Shown piece after piece: positions 1-9,655 of a stretch of 52,159 nt of DNA (position 1 is the stretch's first letter; each line of letters begins with the position of its first letter). The stretch spans positions 1 through 52,159 of the forward strand of contig QZIY01000020.1 in the NCBI GenBank assembly GCA_003599175.1, in the 5' to 3' direction. Position numbers and translations under genes: made by a program. The stretch comes from Candidatus Parcubacteria bacterium. GTDB taxonomy: Bacteria; Patescibacteriota; Minisyncoccia; Phycocordibacterales; UBA2100. The notes beneath the pieces were generated by a model, which was not told where the DNA came from, did not search any database, and was given only the letters and a program-made list of their open reading frames with translations.

Positions 1-112
1 GATCACTCACACTGCATTGCGCACGCAGTTGAATGGTTGCCATCTCGAAAGTATGGCATGGCGCGTATTTAGTTCAATGGTTAGTTGGGGATGGTATTAA
101 AACGTTAGCGTG

Positions 113-208
113 CGGCAGGAACCGGCAGCTGTTTTTTCTGGCGAGGACTGTTTGAGCGACTAGGACGCGAGTTCCGCAGGCACAAAAAATGCTGCCACCC
201 GCTTCCCG
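113..208. repeat. REP-like long imperfect palindrome downstream of the methyltransferase gene
   Basis: Arms ggcagc-tgttttttc (124-138) and caaaaaat-gctgcc (183-196), with an outer ggaa/ttcc pairing and an internal GAGCG..GCGAG motif (154-171). Confidence 0.5.
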
Positions 209-961
209 CTATCGTTTCGTTGCTTTGAGGATAAATCCCGTACCAAACCATTTGAGCGGTGTGCGATCGAGATATTCGAAGATGCGTGATTGGATGACGG
301 TGAGATGCGGGAGCCACAGATCGAAAGGATAGGGGATCAGTTTGAAATTGTAGTACACGGTTTCTGTCACGGTGAAGCCGTGTGCTTCCATAAGTCTCTT
401 CGCGCCTTTTGCGGTGTATTCGCGATGTGTCACGTTGCCAGGAGTCGGCTTTTTGCCAAAGAGACGCGCGATTTTGAGGAGTACTCGTCCAATGAAGCGG
501 AAAGGTGCGGGGCGATTAGGGAAGGTGATGATGGCAATACCTCCTTGGCGCAGAATTCGATGTGTCTCGTTCAAGTAGCGCGCCTGATCTTCGAGGTATT
601 CGATAAGACCCATTGCAATCGCGACATCAAATGCATTGTCTTCAAACGGCAAGCTGTAGGCATCGCCGACGACTGCTTCGATGTCCGGTGCCTCTCCGTA
701 TTCTTCCTTGGTTCGTGCGATCATCTCCGGTGCGGCATCAGTACAGGTAATGTGGCAGTTTTTGGCGCGGAGGCCCGGAATCATAACGCCGGGGCCGGAA
801 GCGATATCGACGACCTTCGTATTTTCGGGCACCATATCGAGCACCTTTTCGCGGCGTACGCGGAATGAATATCCTTCTGCCGTCACGCGGTCGTATTCCT
901 TGCGATACTCCACCGACTTATCGTTGAAATATTTTACTTCAGGACGTAGTGCTTCAGCCAT
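209..961 (-). CDS. Class I SAM-dependent methyltransferase (Methyltransf_11-like)
   Basis: VVDIASGPG motif I, GDAYSLPFEDNAFD, HRILRQGG. Confidence 0.85.
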   Translation of the reverse strand: MAEALRPEVKYFNDKSVEYRKEYDRVTAEGYSFRVRREKVLDMVPENTKVVDIASGPGVMIPGLRAKNCHITCTDAAPEMIARTKEEYGEAPDIEAVVGDAYSLPFEDNAFDVAIAMGLIEYLEDQARYLNETHRILRQGGIAIITFPNRPAPFRFIGRVLLKIARLFGKKPTPGNVTHREYTAKGAKRLMEAHGFTVTETVYYNFKLIPYPFDLWLPHLTVIQSRIFEYLDRTPLKWFGTGFILKATKR

Positions 962-1946
962 AGAAATGTTTGATACGTGACAGATATAATCGCATGCCGG
1001 CCACTATTGCTGCAAATGAGTGCATATCGTCATCCGTGCCATCCACCGCAATGCGCTTTAGAGAATAGGGTGGCGTCGTCGGGGTATTCACGCCTTGCTC
1101 GGTGGTGAGGGTATGGGTAAAGCCGATTTCTTTGCATAATTGTTCCGTCTTTTCAGTCCAATCGCCGGGCTGGCCGTTGGGGTAGGCGAAGATGGGGGAG
1201 ACGGAAAAGCCTGCGCTCTCGAGAGCGAGTTTACTAAGTGCGATTTCGCTGCGCGCTTCTTCAGGCGAGATCTTAGAGAGAATCGGGTGCGACTGTGTGT
1301 GCGCGCCGATCGCGTGTCCAGCCCCCGCCATCTCGCGCAGGTGGGATTCGGTGAGCGGTGCATACACACGTTTATCTCCTTCGAAGTTGGTGAGCGCTCG
1401 CGTCTCTTCTTCAAGCGCGCGAAGCGCTACCTCTCGTTCGTATGGCGACATGTGTTTGCAGCGCATGCGTAATTCATGATCTTTCCTTTCTTTATCCTCA
1501 CGTGAAGAAGCGCCAGCGCCACAGGCATATTCGAGCCGATCCACCCAGAGGGGCTTTTGCTCGAAGACGAAATCCGTTGTTACAAAAAAGGTTGCCGGCA
1601 GTTTCATCCGTTTCAGTGCGGCGCTCGCGTAGGTGTAGTTGTTTTCATACCCATCGTCGAACGTGATTGCGAGCACGTACGGCGGGAGTCGGCCTTCTTT
1701 TTGCAAACGGAGCGCTTCTTCGAGCGGGAGGATAGTGTAGTGGCTCTTCAAGAACGCGAGCTGCTTTTCGAAATGTTCGGGCGCGATGAATTTTTTGCGA
1801 TAATTGTAGAGATCATCGCGGCTCTCTTGAGGTGCGACGCCATGGTACAGTATCACGGTCAAGCCATCCCTATGGAACCATCGCAGGAGCTGAACGAATC
1901 CGCAGATGTCGAGAAGAAAGTACACGAGGCGCCTCATGCGGAGCAT
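954..1946 (-). CDS. Polysaccharide deacetylase (NodB/CE4)
   Basis: LYHGV, ITFDDGY, GAHTQSHP and FAYPNG motifs. Start moved to ATG 1946, which has TATCTT 6 nt upstream. Confidence 0.88.
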   Translation of the reverse strand: MLRMRRLVYFLLDICGFVQLLRWFHRDGLTVILYHGVAPQESRDDLYNYRKKFIAPEHFEKQLAFLKSHYTILPLEEALRLQKEGRLPPYVLAITFDDGYENNYTYASAALKRMKLPATFFVTTDFVFEQKPLWVDRLEYACGAGASSREDKERKDHELRMRCKHMSPYEREVALRALEEETRALTNFEGDKRVYAPLTESHLREMAGAGHAIGAHTQSHPILSKISPEEARSEIALSKLALESAGFSVSPIFAYPNGQPGDWTEKTEQLCKEIGFTHTLTTEQGVNTPTTPPYSLKRIAVDGTDDDMHSFAAIVAGMRLYLSRIKHFYG

Positions 1947-2012
1947 GTCAGTAAGATACAAGAAACAAGATACAATCACCAGGCAAAATTTAAACCTCAA
2001 TTTTCAGATCGG

Positions 2013-3077
2013 ATTCGGATTGTTGTCGTAGGGACGGAAACGGCTGTTTTTGACCCGCACTCCCCGGTACGCGAACGTATTTTGGCGTATACAGAAAAGT
2101 TTGCCTCGACCGACATTATCGTCATGTGCGGCGGGAAATTCGAAAAAGCGAGTCCACGCAAGGGCGTCACGCTCTACCCGACCAATTCGCGCTCGCGATT
2201 CAGGCGTGTCTTCGATGCGGTCCGCATCGGGAAGACGTTGGCTCCCGCAGATGTGGTGACCGTGCAGGATCCCTTTGAGACAGGGCTTGCGGGGCTCCTG
2301 ATCGCGCGGCACCTTGGCGCGAAATTGCATGTGCAGGTCCATACGGATTTTCTATCTCCGTCCTATGGCCGCGTGTCGCCCCTCAACATCGTGCGGCAGC
2401 GCATTGCCTCGTATGTGATCGCGCATGCCGATCGCATCCGAGTCGTGTCCGAAGACATCAAACAGGCGATCGAAGGACGCTACCGTCCGCGTGCACCGAT
2501 CTCTGTCTTGCCGATTTTTGTCGACATCGAAAAATTCAAGAGCGCGAGCGCGCTCGCTGATCTCGTACAGAAATTTGCCGGATACAAAACGCGTCTCCTC
2601 GTCGTTTCGCGACTCGAGCAAGAAAAAAATGTCGCACTCGCCGTTACCGCATTTGCAAAAGCGGCGCCAAAAGATGCGTGCCTCATCATCGTCGGCGATG
2701 GGCGGCAGCACGCGGCGCTCAAAAGACAGGCGCAAGATCTCGGGGTCATGGCGCGCGTCTTTTTCGAAGGCAGACAGGATGCGGCGCCGTACTACGCGCT
2801 CGCAGATCTCGTTCTCGTACCATCCGTCTATGAAGGATACGGACTCGTGATCATCGAGGCGCTTGCCGCAGGAAAGCCAGTCCTTTCGACCGATGTCGGC
2901 ATCGCGCGCGAAGCAGGAGCAATAGTTGTGACGCCTGAGCAGTTTGAGAATGCGCTCAAGGGGTGGTTTGAGAGTGGCCCACACACCGGGGCGCTCATAA
3001 AATATCCGTACGAGAGTTTTGAGGCATACGTGAAGGCGTATGGCGAGGATGTCGCGGCGACGTTTTCGGAGGGATGA
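2013..3077 (+). CDS. Glycosyltransferase family 4 (start codon uncertain)
   Basis: VSRLEQEKN and EGYGLVIIEALAAGKPVLSTDVG. The GT-B first strand IRIVVVG begins at ATT 2013 with no nearby canonical start. Confidence 0.85.
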   Translation: MRIVVVGTETAVFDPHSPVRERILAYTEKFASTDIIVMCGGKFEKASPRKGVTLYPTNSRSRFRRVFDAVRIGKTLAPADVVTVQDPFETGLAGLLIARHLGAKLHVQVHTDFLSPSYGRVSPLNIVRQRIASYVIAHADRIRVVSEDIKQAIEGRYRPRAPISVLPIFVDIEKFKSASALADLVQKFAGYKTRLLVVSRLEQEKNVALAVTAFAKAAPKDACLIIVGDGRQHAALKRQAQDLGVMARVFFEGRQDAAPYYALADLVLVPSVYEGYGLVIIEALAAGKPVLSTDVGIAREAGAIVVTPEQFENALKGWFESGPHTGALIKYPYESFEAYVKAYGEDVAATFSEG

Positions 3078-3110
3078 CAAACCCTTGATTTTGGCTACAA
3101 TGCGTCAACT

Positions 3111-3992
3111 ATGGCGTCCAAAAAACCGCTTATTGGCTTCATTGGGCAAGGATGGATCGGCAGCGCGTACGCTGATAATTTCGAAGAACGCGGCTATGAG
3201 GTCGTGCGTTACGCGCTCGAGAAAAAGTACGTAAAAAACAAGGACCGCATCGCAGAGTGCGACATTGTTTTTATCGCCGTGTGGACACCGACAACGCCGA
3301 AAGGTTTTGATATCTCTGTTGTCGAAAGTGTGTTGCCTTTGATTGGCAAGGGAAAAACGGCGGTCATCAAATCGACCATCTTGCCGGGTACAACGCAGAT
3401 GTTGCAGAAGAAGTTTCCTGATATCACGGTGTTGTTTGGCCCCGAATTCCTCTCCATCGCATCGCACGTACATGACGCTGCGCACCCGTTTGTAAATCTC
3501 GTCGGCATGCCAGTCGAGGATTCGAAGCACTACTTGGCGGCAGAGCGCGTGATGAAGGTATTGCCGAAGGCGCCGCATCAGGCGATTTGCAAAAGCGCAG
3601 AGGCGGAAATCTTTAAGTACACCCACAACGCGAGCGGCTACACGCAGGTGATTCTCTTCAATCTCATGTACGACCTTGCCGAAAAATTCGGCGCAAATTG
3701 GGACGTGATCAATCGTGCGGTGCAGGCCGACCCGCTGATCTCGAAGCGCTACTCGAATCCAGTGCACAAGAGTGGACGAGGTGCGGGCGGCGGCTGCTTC
3801 ATCAAAGACATGGCAGCACTTCGCGGCCATTTCAAAAAACACTTGCCCAAGGACAAAATGGCACTCAACGTGCTCTCGGCGATGGAGGCAAAAAATATTG
3901 AGCTCTTGACGTCGACCGACAAAGATCTTGATCTTTTGGAAGGAGTCTATGGAAAGGGGGTTTTGAAAAACAAGAAGCGTAGGGGAAAATAA
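3111..3992 (+). CDS. UDP-glucose/GDP-mannose dehydrogenase family protein, C-terminally short
   Basis: IGFIGQGWIG Rossmann motif, IKSTILPGT, PEFL, catalytic GGGCFIKD. Only 293 aa. Confidence 0.85.
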   Translation: MASKKPLIGFIGQGWIGSAYADNFEERGYEVVRYALEKKYVKNKDRIAECDIVFIAVWTPTTPKGFDISVVESVLPLIGKGKTAVIKSTILPGTTQMLQKKFPDITVLFGPEFLSIASHVHDAAHPFVNLVGMPVEDSKHYLAAERVMKVLPKAPHQAICKSAEAEIFKYTHNASGYTQVILFNLMYDLAEKFGANWDVINRAVQADPLISKRYSNPVHKSGRGAGGGCFIKDMAALRGHFKKHLPKDKMALNVLSAMEAKNIELLTSTDKDLDLLEGVYGKGVLKNKKRRGK

Positions 3993-3996
3993 GCAC

Positions 3997-5028
3997 ATGA
4001 GACTCCTCATTACGACCCAGGCGGTCGACCAAGACGATCCGGTCCTTGGTTTTTTTGTACATTGGATTACGGAAATTGCCCAACACGTAGAAGCTGTCGA
4101 AGTGATTTGTCTCAAAGAAGGTCTGCACACGCTGCCCATGAACGTGCGTGTGCATTCTCTTGGTAAAGAAGAACGCCGCTCGCGTATTACGTACGTGTTT
4201 CGCTTTTTTCGCTATATGTACCGTTTGCGCCGAGATTACGATGCCGTGTTTGTGCACATGAATTCGGAGTACGTCGTACTGGGAGGGCTCTGGTGGCGCT
4301 TGTGGAACAAGCGCATCTACCTGTGGCGTAATCATTGGTCAGGGGGACTCAAGACAATGATCGCAATATGGTTTAGTACCAATGTGTTTTGCACGTCAAA
4401 GCACTCTTACACTGCGCAATTCAAAAAGACCAAGATTATGCCGATCGGTGTCGATATTGCGGCATTTGGTGCAACAGGTGACGTTGCGCGGACACCACAC
4501 TCGATTCTCTTTCTTGCCAGACTCGATGAAAGCAAGCGGCCCGATCTGTTCGTGGAAGCATTAGAGCGTTTGCACGAACGCGGTGTTGCCTTTACCGCGA
4601 GCATTGTTGGGAATCCGACAGATCCTTCGTCTGCCTATGCGCATGCGCTGCGCAATCGCGCCGCTACGCTTTCACTCGAAGGTGTGCTCACCCTGAAGCC
4701 AGGCGTCTCGTATAGAGAGGTGCCCAAAGTGTTCGCCGCGCACGATATCTTTGTCAATCTTTCGCGCTCAGGTATGTACGACAAAACCCTCGTCGAAGCC
4801 GCGGCAGCTGGCTGTCTCGTCCTTGCCTCGAGCGATGACTATGCTGCCGAGGTCGATCAGCGTCTCGTCTTTGCAGATGGTGATCTTGATGATCTAACAA
4901 AGAAGCTTGAGGCACTCCTCTCACTGCCAGAAACTGATCGCGCCGCGCTTCGCACACTGCTTGATGCGTTCGCACGCAAACATTCGCTTCCTGAGATGGC
5001 GAATCGCTTGGCGGAGGAGTTGGTATGA
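3997..5028 (+). CDS. Glycosyltransferase family 4
   Basis: ILFLARLDESKR and DKTLVEAAAAG. Confidence 0.85.
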   Translation: MRLLITTQAVDQDDPVLGFFVHWITEIAQHVEAVEVICLKEGLHTLPMNVRVHSLGKEERRSRITYVFRFFRYMYRLRRDYDAVFVHMNSEYVVLGGLWWRLWNKRIYLWRNHWSGGLKTMIAIWFSTNVFCTSKHSYTAQFKKTKIMPIGVDIAAFGATGDVARTPHSILFLARLDESKRPDLFVEALERLHERGVAFTASIVGNPTDPSSAYAHALRNRAATLSLEGVLTLKPGVSYREVPKVFAAHDIFVNLSRSGMYDKTLVEAAAAGCLVLASSDDYAAEVDQRLVFADGDLDDLTKKLEALLSLPETDRAALRTLLDAFARKHSLPEMANRLAEELV

Positions 5029-5810
5029 TCAAAATTCCATGCAGCGTTGCGATCCTCACACGCAATTCAGCGGAGACGCTCGAACGCGCACTTCTCAGTG
5101 TAAAAGATTTTTCCGACGTCTTGATTTGTGATGGTGGGTCCACTGATGCCACGGTCGATATTGCTTCTCGATATGGTGCACGTATCATACGTCAAGATGG
5201 AGCTTTTTTGTATGAGGATGGACGCATAGCGGATTACGGTGGTGTCCGCAACCAGTGTCTTCGTGCAGCGAAGGAGTCGTGGTTTTTCTACCTCGACTCA
5301 GACGAATATATCGATGCCGGGCTTGCGGCAGAAATCGCTCAGGTTGTGCGAGGCGAGAAGGCGGCATACTGGATCCCGCGGCGGTATGTTTTCAAAGGCA
5401 CCGTCATTACCTGTTCTACGGGGTATCCAAATCAACAAATGCGCCTCTTTCATATAGATGCGGTGCACGGATTTATCAAACGTGTGCATGAGCGTATTCA
5501 GCTCAAAGATGGTACTCCTGTGTTCTGGCTCAGGAATTACATGTACGTGCCGGTTGGGGACGACATTGCGGACGTAAGAGCAAAGTGGAACAGATACATC
5601 GCGCTTGAGGAAGTGCGGCAACCGCACATTACGATGAGAAAAGCGCTGGATCTTTTTTTGCACGAAGGCGCAATCGGTTTGCGTTTTTTTGTGCGTTGGT
5701 TGAGACTCATCTTTTGTCGTAAGACACGCATGCCCCTCAAAAACGAATTCATGCGCGTGTGGTATCAGTGGCAACTCATCAAAAGTGTCGCACGTCGTAC
5801 CCTGCGCTGA
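5025..5810 (+). CDS. Glycosyltransferase family 2
   Basis: DGGSTDAT, YLDSDE (DxD) and VHE motifs. Confidence 0.88.
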   Translation: MIKIPCSVAILTRNSAETLERALLSVKDFSDVLICDGGSTDATVDIASRYGARIIRQDGAFLYEDGRIADYGGVRNQCLRAAKESWFFYLDSDEYIDAGLAAEIAQVVRGEKAAYWIPRRYVFKGTVITCSTGYPNQQMRLFHIDAVHGFIKRVHERIQLKDGTPVFWLRNYMYVPVGDDIADVRAKWNRYIALEEVRQPHITMRKALDLFLHEGAIGLRFFVRWLRLIFCRKTRMPLKNEFMRVWYQWQLIKSVARRTLR

Positions 5811-5811
5811 T

Positions 5812-6867
5812 ATGCGTCTCGTCATTTTCATCAACAAATTCGGCATCGGCGGTGCGGAGCGGCTGGTGATTGACGAGGTGCACGAGCTTGTACGACGCGG
5901 CATTGACGTCACCGTCATTACACTGCGGGAAGATCGCGAGGAATCCGATCAATCGCTCGGATCGCCGTCTTTGGACATACACTCCGTCTTTTTTTCATCG
6001 CTTTTCGATGTGAGTGCATGGGTGACGCTTATTCGGGTGCTCTCGGACAGGCGCTTTGATGTGGCACTCACGCATTTATGGTTCGCCAACACGATTGGTC
6101 GCATCGCCGCATACGTCGCCGGTGTGCCGCGCATCTATGCATTCGAACATAATGTGTACGATCGTGTGAAAACGTGGAAACAATTTTTAATTGATCGGAT
6201 ACTGCAGTCGCTCTCGAGCGGCATCATTGCAGTCTCTCCCGCAGTACGGAATTCGCTGATTGCGCACGGTGTTACGGAAGAGAGAATCGTTGTTGTGCCC
6301 AATGGCATTGATGTATCGCGTTTTCGCAAAGAGGAGGAGCATGCGCCCAATCCTTTCTTCACTTTTTTATTTGTTGGGCGGTTGGTAGAACAAAAAGGGG
6401 TGGATGTACTGCTCGAGGCGTTTGGAAAACTGGATCATGCGGAACTCCATATCGTCGGAGATGGCACCCTTAAAAATGATCTTGAAAAAAAAGCGCGTAT
6501 GCTCCCGGGAAGTCGGATTGAATTTCTTGGAACTCGACGTGATGTACCTGCGCTCCTCTCTCGGGCCGACTGTTTCGTCTTTCCGTCGCGCTGGGAAGGA
6601 TACGGTCTCGCGATAGCAGAAGCCGCTGCGACAGGTCTTCCGATCATTGCGTCCGACGTGCCGGCGGTACGCGATCTTGTTGAACATGAGAAAGAGGCGA
6701 TTTTAGTACCACCAGGAGATGCCGCAGCACTGTCGATCGCGATGCAGCGCGTGATGGGTGATCACGCGCTGCGACAGCGGCTGGCACGAGCCGCTCGTGA
6801 ACGTGCGACACACTTCTCGATTGAGCGGCATATTGACGGACTTCTCCAAATCATTCAATTACAGTAA
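5812..6867 (+). CDS. Glycosyltransferase family 4
   Basis: GGAER, FVGRLVEQKG and EGYGLAIAEAAATG. Start set at ATG 5812, directly after the previous stop. Confidence 0.9.
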   Translation: MRLVIFINKFGIGGAERLVIDEVHELVRRGIDVTVITLREDREESDQSLGSPSLDIHSVFFSSLFDVSAWVTLIRVLSDRRFDVALTHLWFANTIGRIAAYVAGVPRIYAFEHNVYDRVKTWKQFLIDRILQSLSSGIIAVSPAVRNSLIAHGVTEERIVVVPNGIDVSRFRKEEEHAPNPFFTFLFVGRLVEQKGVDVLLEAFGKLDHAELHIVGDGTLKNDLEKKARMLPGSRIEFLGTRRDVPALLSRADCFVFPSRWEGYGLAIAEAAATGLPIIASDVPAVRDLVEHEKEAILVPPGDAAALSIAMQRVMGDHALRQRLARAARERATHFSIERHIDGLLQIIQLQ

Positions 6868-6893
6868 TTACTATATAATATAATGCGCGCACC

Positions 6894-7856
6894 ATGGTCT
6901 CCTCACGAATTGTTCCAGCCCATAGTATGAGCGCGCCTCGCCTGGTGAGCATAATTTTAAACTGGAACAACTACGAGCACACACACGCTTTTGCTCAGTC
7001 GCTTCGCAGTACGGCTTCCGACGAGCACGAGGTTGTCATCGTCGACAACAATTCGCCCAACAAATCGACTGAACGTATTCAAGCCGAATTTCCACAGTAC
7101 ACCTATATTTACAACGATACCAATGTCGGCATTGCGGCAGCCAACAATATCGCGATTCGGTATGCCGAAGAGCGCCGTGCGGCATTCGTGTTTCTCTTCA
7201 ATAACGATCTCGAAGTTATTGAGGCAGATTTCTTTAAAAAAATGCTCGCATATATGGACGCACATCCGCGCGTTGCTATGGCGGCGCCACAGCTACTCTT
7301 TCCCGATCGACGGGTGCAAATGTCCATAAAGCGCATTCCGACACCGTCAAATCAAATTTCGGAATTGCTTCGATTGCCACAAAGGAAGATAGATCTCTCA
7401 CGTCTCAAAAAAGAGGGGGGCACGATTCCGTCCAGTTATTTTGTTATGGCATCGGCACTTTTGGTGCGCGTCGATGCTCTCCGGGATATCGGACTCGAGG
7501 ATGAGCGTTTTGTTTTGGGATATGAGGATGTCGATTGGGTGAAGCGGGCTCACGAAGCGGCGAGGGAGGTGCACTTTGTGCCAAGGGCTACCATTCTCCA
7601 CCACCACGGTGTATCCTCCAAAAACGCCATGAGCAGAATGGACTTTTATTACGGTGAAAAACTACGCTTTTTAATGAAACATCACGCCTTTTTGCCAATT
7701 GCTTTGTTTCGTCTCGCCGTTTCGATAAGTTCGCTTGCGCGAGCGTTTTCCGGTAGACATATGCGTTCGCATCTGTACCTGGCCTACCGTATCTGGACAT
7801 ACCCTTGGACAAGCGCCGCTTATCGTATACCGTATACATTGCCCCAAACAGTATGA
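6894..7856 (+). CDS. Glycosyltransferase family 2 (rhamnosyltransferase/WbbL-like)
   Basis: IILNWN, VDNNS, FNND and YEDVDW. TATAAT at 6879-6884. Alternative start at 6927. Confidence 0.85.
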   Translation: MVSSRIVPAHSMSAPRLVSIILNWNNYEHTHAFAQSLRSTASDEHEVVIVDNNSPNKSTERIQAEFPQYTYIYNDTNVGIAAANNIAIRYAEERRAAFVFLFNNDLEVIEADFFKKMLAYMDAHPRVAMAAPQLLFPDRRVQMSIKRIPTPSNQISELLRLPQRKIDLSRLKKEGGTIPSSYFVMASALLVRVDALRDIGLEDERFVLGYEDVDWVKRAHEAAREVHFVPRATILHHHGVSSKNAMSRMDFYYGEKLRFLMKHHAFLPIALFRLAVSISSLARAFSGRHMRSHLYLAYRIWTYPWTSAAYRIPYTLPQTV

Positions 7857-8917
7857 ATGACCTCCGAGGAGCTTTTGATGGACATAGCGTGTTGGTGTGT
7901 GGAGGCGCCGGATTTATTGGCTCCAATTTCATCCGTCAACTGCTTGCGGACAATACGTCGGTGCGTATTGCCAATCTTGACCTCTTGACCTATTCGGGCA
8001 ATCTCGAAAACCTTTCGGATATTCAACCGGATTCGCGGTACACCTTCATCGAAGGTGATATTGCCGACCCCCGCGTTATCGAAGAGATATTTGATCGATT
8101 TCGGCCAGAGTATGTCGTCAATTTTGCTGCGGAGACACATGTGGATCGCTCCATTCATGTGGGCGCACTCGAATTCATCCACACAAACGTTGAAGGGGTG
8201 TTCCATCTCCTTGAAGCAGCAAAAAAAGCGGGCTGTGTCCAAAAATATGTGCAGGTGTCGACTGATGAAGTATTCGGGAGTTTGCCGCTCGATTCTTCCG
8301 ATCGCTTTTCAGAGACAACACCGTTTGCGCCTACGTCACCGTATTCAGCGACAAAAGCAGGGGGTGACTTGCTGTGTCGCGCATATAACGAAACGTGGGG
8401 TATGCCCGTCGTCGTGACCCACTGCTCAAATAACTATGGCCCCTATCAATATCCTGAAAAATTAATTCCATTTTTTGTTCTCCGCATGTTGGAGGGCAAA
8501 AAACTCCCCATGTATGGTGATGGTAAGCACGTGCGCGATTGGATTTATGTGCTCGATCATTGCGATGCAATTGCTCGGTGCCTCCTTTCCGGAACGCCAG
8601 GAGGGGTGTATAACATCGGGGCAGATAACGAAATGAATAATCTGCAGATCGCGAAGCTCATTCTTGAATATTTCGGGAAAGATGAGTCGTGGATCGAATT
8701 TGTCGGTGATCGTCCTGGTCATGATCGTCGGTATGCGATCGACAGCTCGCTCATCCACCACGAGCTTGGCTGGAAACCACGGCATGATTTCGAGAGTGCA
8801 TTTAAATCAACGATCGAATGGTATGTCGATCATCAGGAATGGATTGAGCACGTGAGGAAGAAGACGGGCGTTTTTAATCCGCACATCGATTTGTGGCGAG
8901 GGCATGAAAAAGCATAA
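7853..8917 (+). CDS. rmlB: dTDP-glucose 4,6-dehydratase
   Basis: GGAGFIGSNF, FAAETHVDRSI, STDEVFG, YSATK, RDWIYV, DRPGHDRRY. Confidence 0.95.
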   Translation: MNDLRGAFDGHSVLVCGGAGFIGSNFIRQLLADNTSVRIANLDLLTYSGNLENLSDIQPDSRYTFIEGDIADPRVIEEIFDRFRPEYVVNFAAETHVDRSIHVGALEFIHTNVEGVFHLLEAAKKAGCVQKYVQVSTDEVFGSLPLDSSDRFSETTPFAPTSPYSATKAGGDLLCRAYNETWGMPVVVTHCSNNYGPYQYPEKLIPFFVLRMLEGKKLPMYGDGKHVRDWIYVLDHCDAIARCLLSGTPGGVYNIGADNEMNNLQIAKLILEYFGKDESWIEFVGDRPGHDRRYAIDSSLIHHELGWKPRHDFESAFKSTIEWYVDHQEWIEHVRKKTGVFNPHIDLWRGHEKA

Positions 8918-8920
8918 TCT

Positions 8921-9655
8921 ATGAAAAAAATAAAAGGAGTCATATTAGCAGGAGGCTTAGGAACGCGGCTTGCGCCGCTGACGCGAATTACCAACAAACA
9001 CCTCTTGCCCGTCTACAACAAACCGATGATTCTCTACCCGCTCGAGACGCTCAAGCGGAGCGGCGTCACCGACATCATGATCGTGTGCGGTCGCGAGCAC
9101 GCAGGGCACTTTATGAATTTCTTGGGCTCTGGACAAGAATATGGCGTGAAAATTTCATACGCGCTCCAAGATCGAAACAATGGTGGAATTGCTGATGCGC
9201 TACGCTATGCAGAAGATTTTGTCGACGGTGATCACATTGCGGTGATTCTTGGGGATAATATTTTTGAGCGGAACTTCCGAAAAGAGCTCGCATCATTCAA
9301 GCGCGGAGCCATGGTTTTCTTTAAGGAAATGCCCGATCCGACACGTTTCGGCGTTCCGGTATTCAACAAGGCCGGACGAATTACAAAGATCGAAGAGAAG
9401 CCAAAAGAACCGCAATCCAACCTCGCACAAACTGGTTTTTATGTGTATGACAAGGATATTTTTCAGATTATCAGACAGTTAAAACCATCGGCACGCGGAG
9501 AACTTGAGATTACCGATGCCAATAATGTGTATCTGAAGCGCAAGCGCCTTGCTCATGCGGTGATTGCTGGTTTGTGGTCGGATGCCGGGACATTCGACTC
9601 GCTCCTCAGCGTTACCAATGAAATTGCGCAGCGTGCACAACGCGCACATGGATAA
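8921..9655 (+). CDS. rmlA: Glucose-1-phosphate thymidylyltransferase (short SpsI-type)
   Basis: LAGGLGTRL, KHLLPVYNKPMI, LGDNIF, SARGELEITD, WSDAGT. Confidence 0.92.
   Translation: MKKIKGVILAGGLGTRLAPLTRITNKHLLPVYNKPMILYPLETLKRSGVTDIMIVCGREHAGHFMNFLGSGQEYGVKISYALQDRNNGGIADALRYAEDFVDGDHIAVILGDNIFERNFRKELASFKRGAMVFFKEMPDPTRFGVPVFNKAGRITKIEEKPKEPQSNLAQTGFYVYDKDIFQIIRQLKPSARGELEITDANNVYLKRKRLAHAVIAGLWSDAGTFDSLLSVTNEIAQRAQRAHG

Noticed and set aside
1-43. Possible minus-strand gene start (MATIQLRAQCSVSD) running off the window
   Set aside because: Only 14 codons are visible, with no recognisable motif.
61-110. gcgtatt-ta-gttc-aatggtta resembles a tRNA 5' end
   Set aside because: The D-stem does not close (gttg rather than gaac), and there is no anticodon arm, T arm or acceptor complement.
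1557-2012. N-terminal 150 aa of the 506-aa ORF
   Set aside because: It is mostly the antisense shadow of the deacetylase gene; GT4 similarity starts near 2013.
3105-4139. 344-aa minus-strand ORF and other long antisense ORFs (e.g. 14315-15163, 36893-37675, 49840-50544, 51512-52027)
   Set aside because: They are shadows of well-supported genes on the opposite strand and show no protein motifs.
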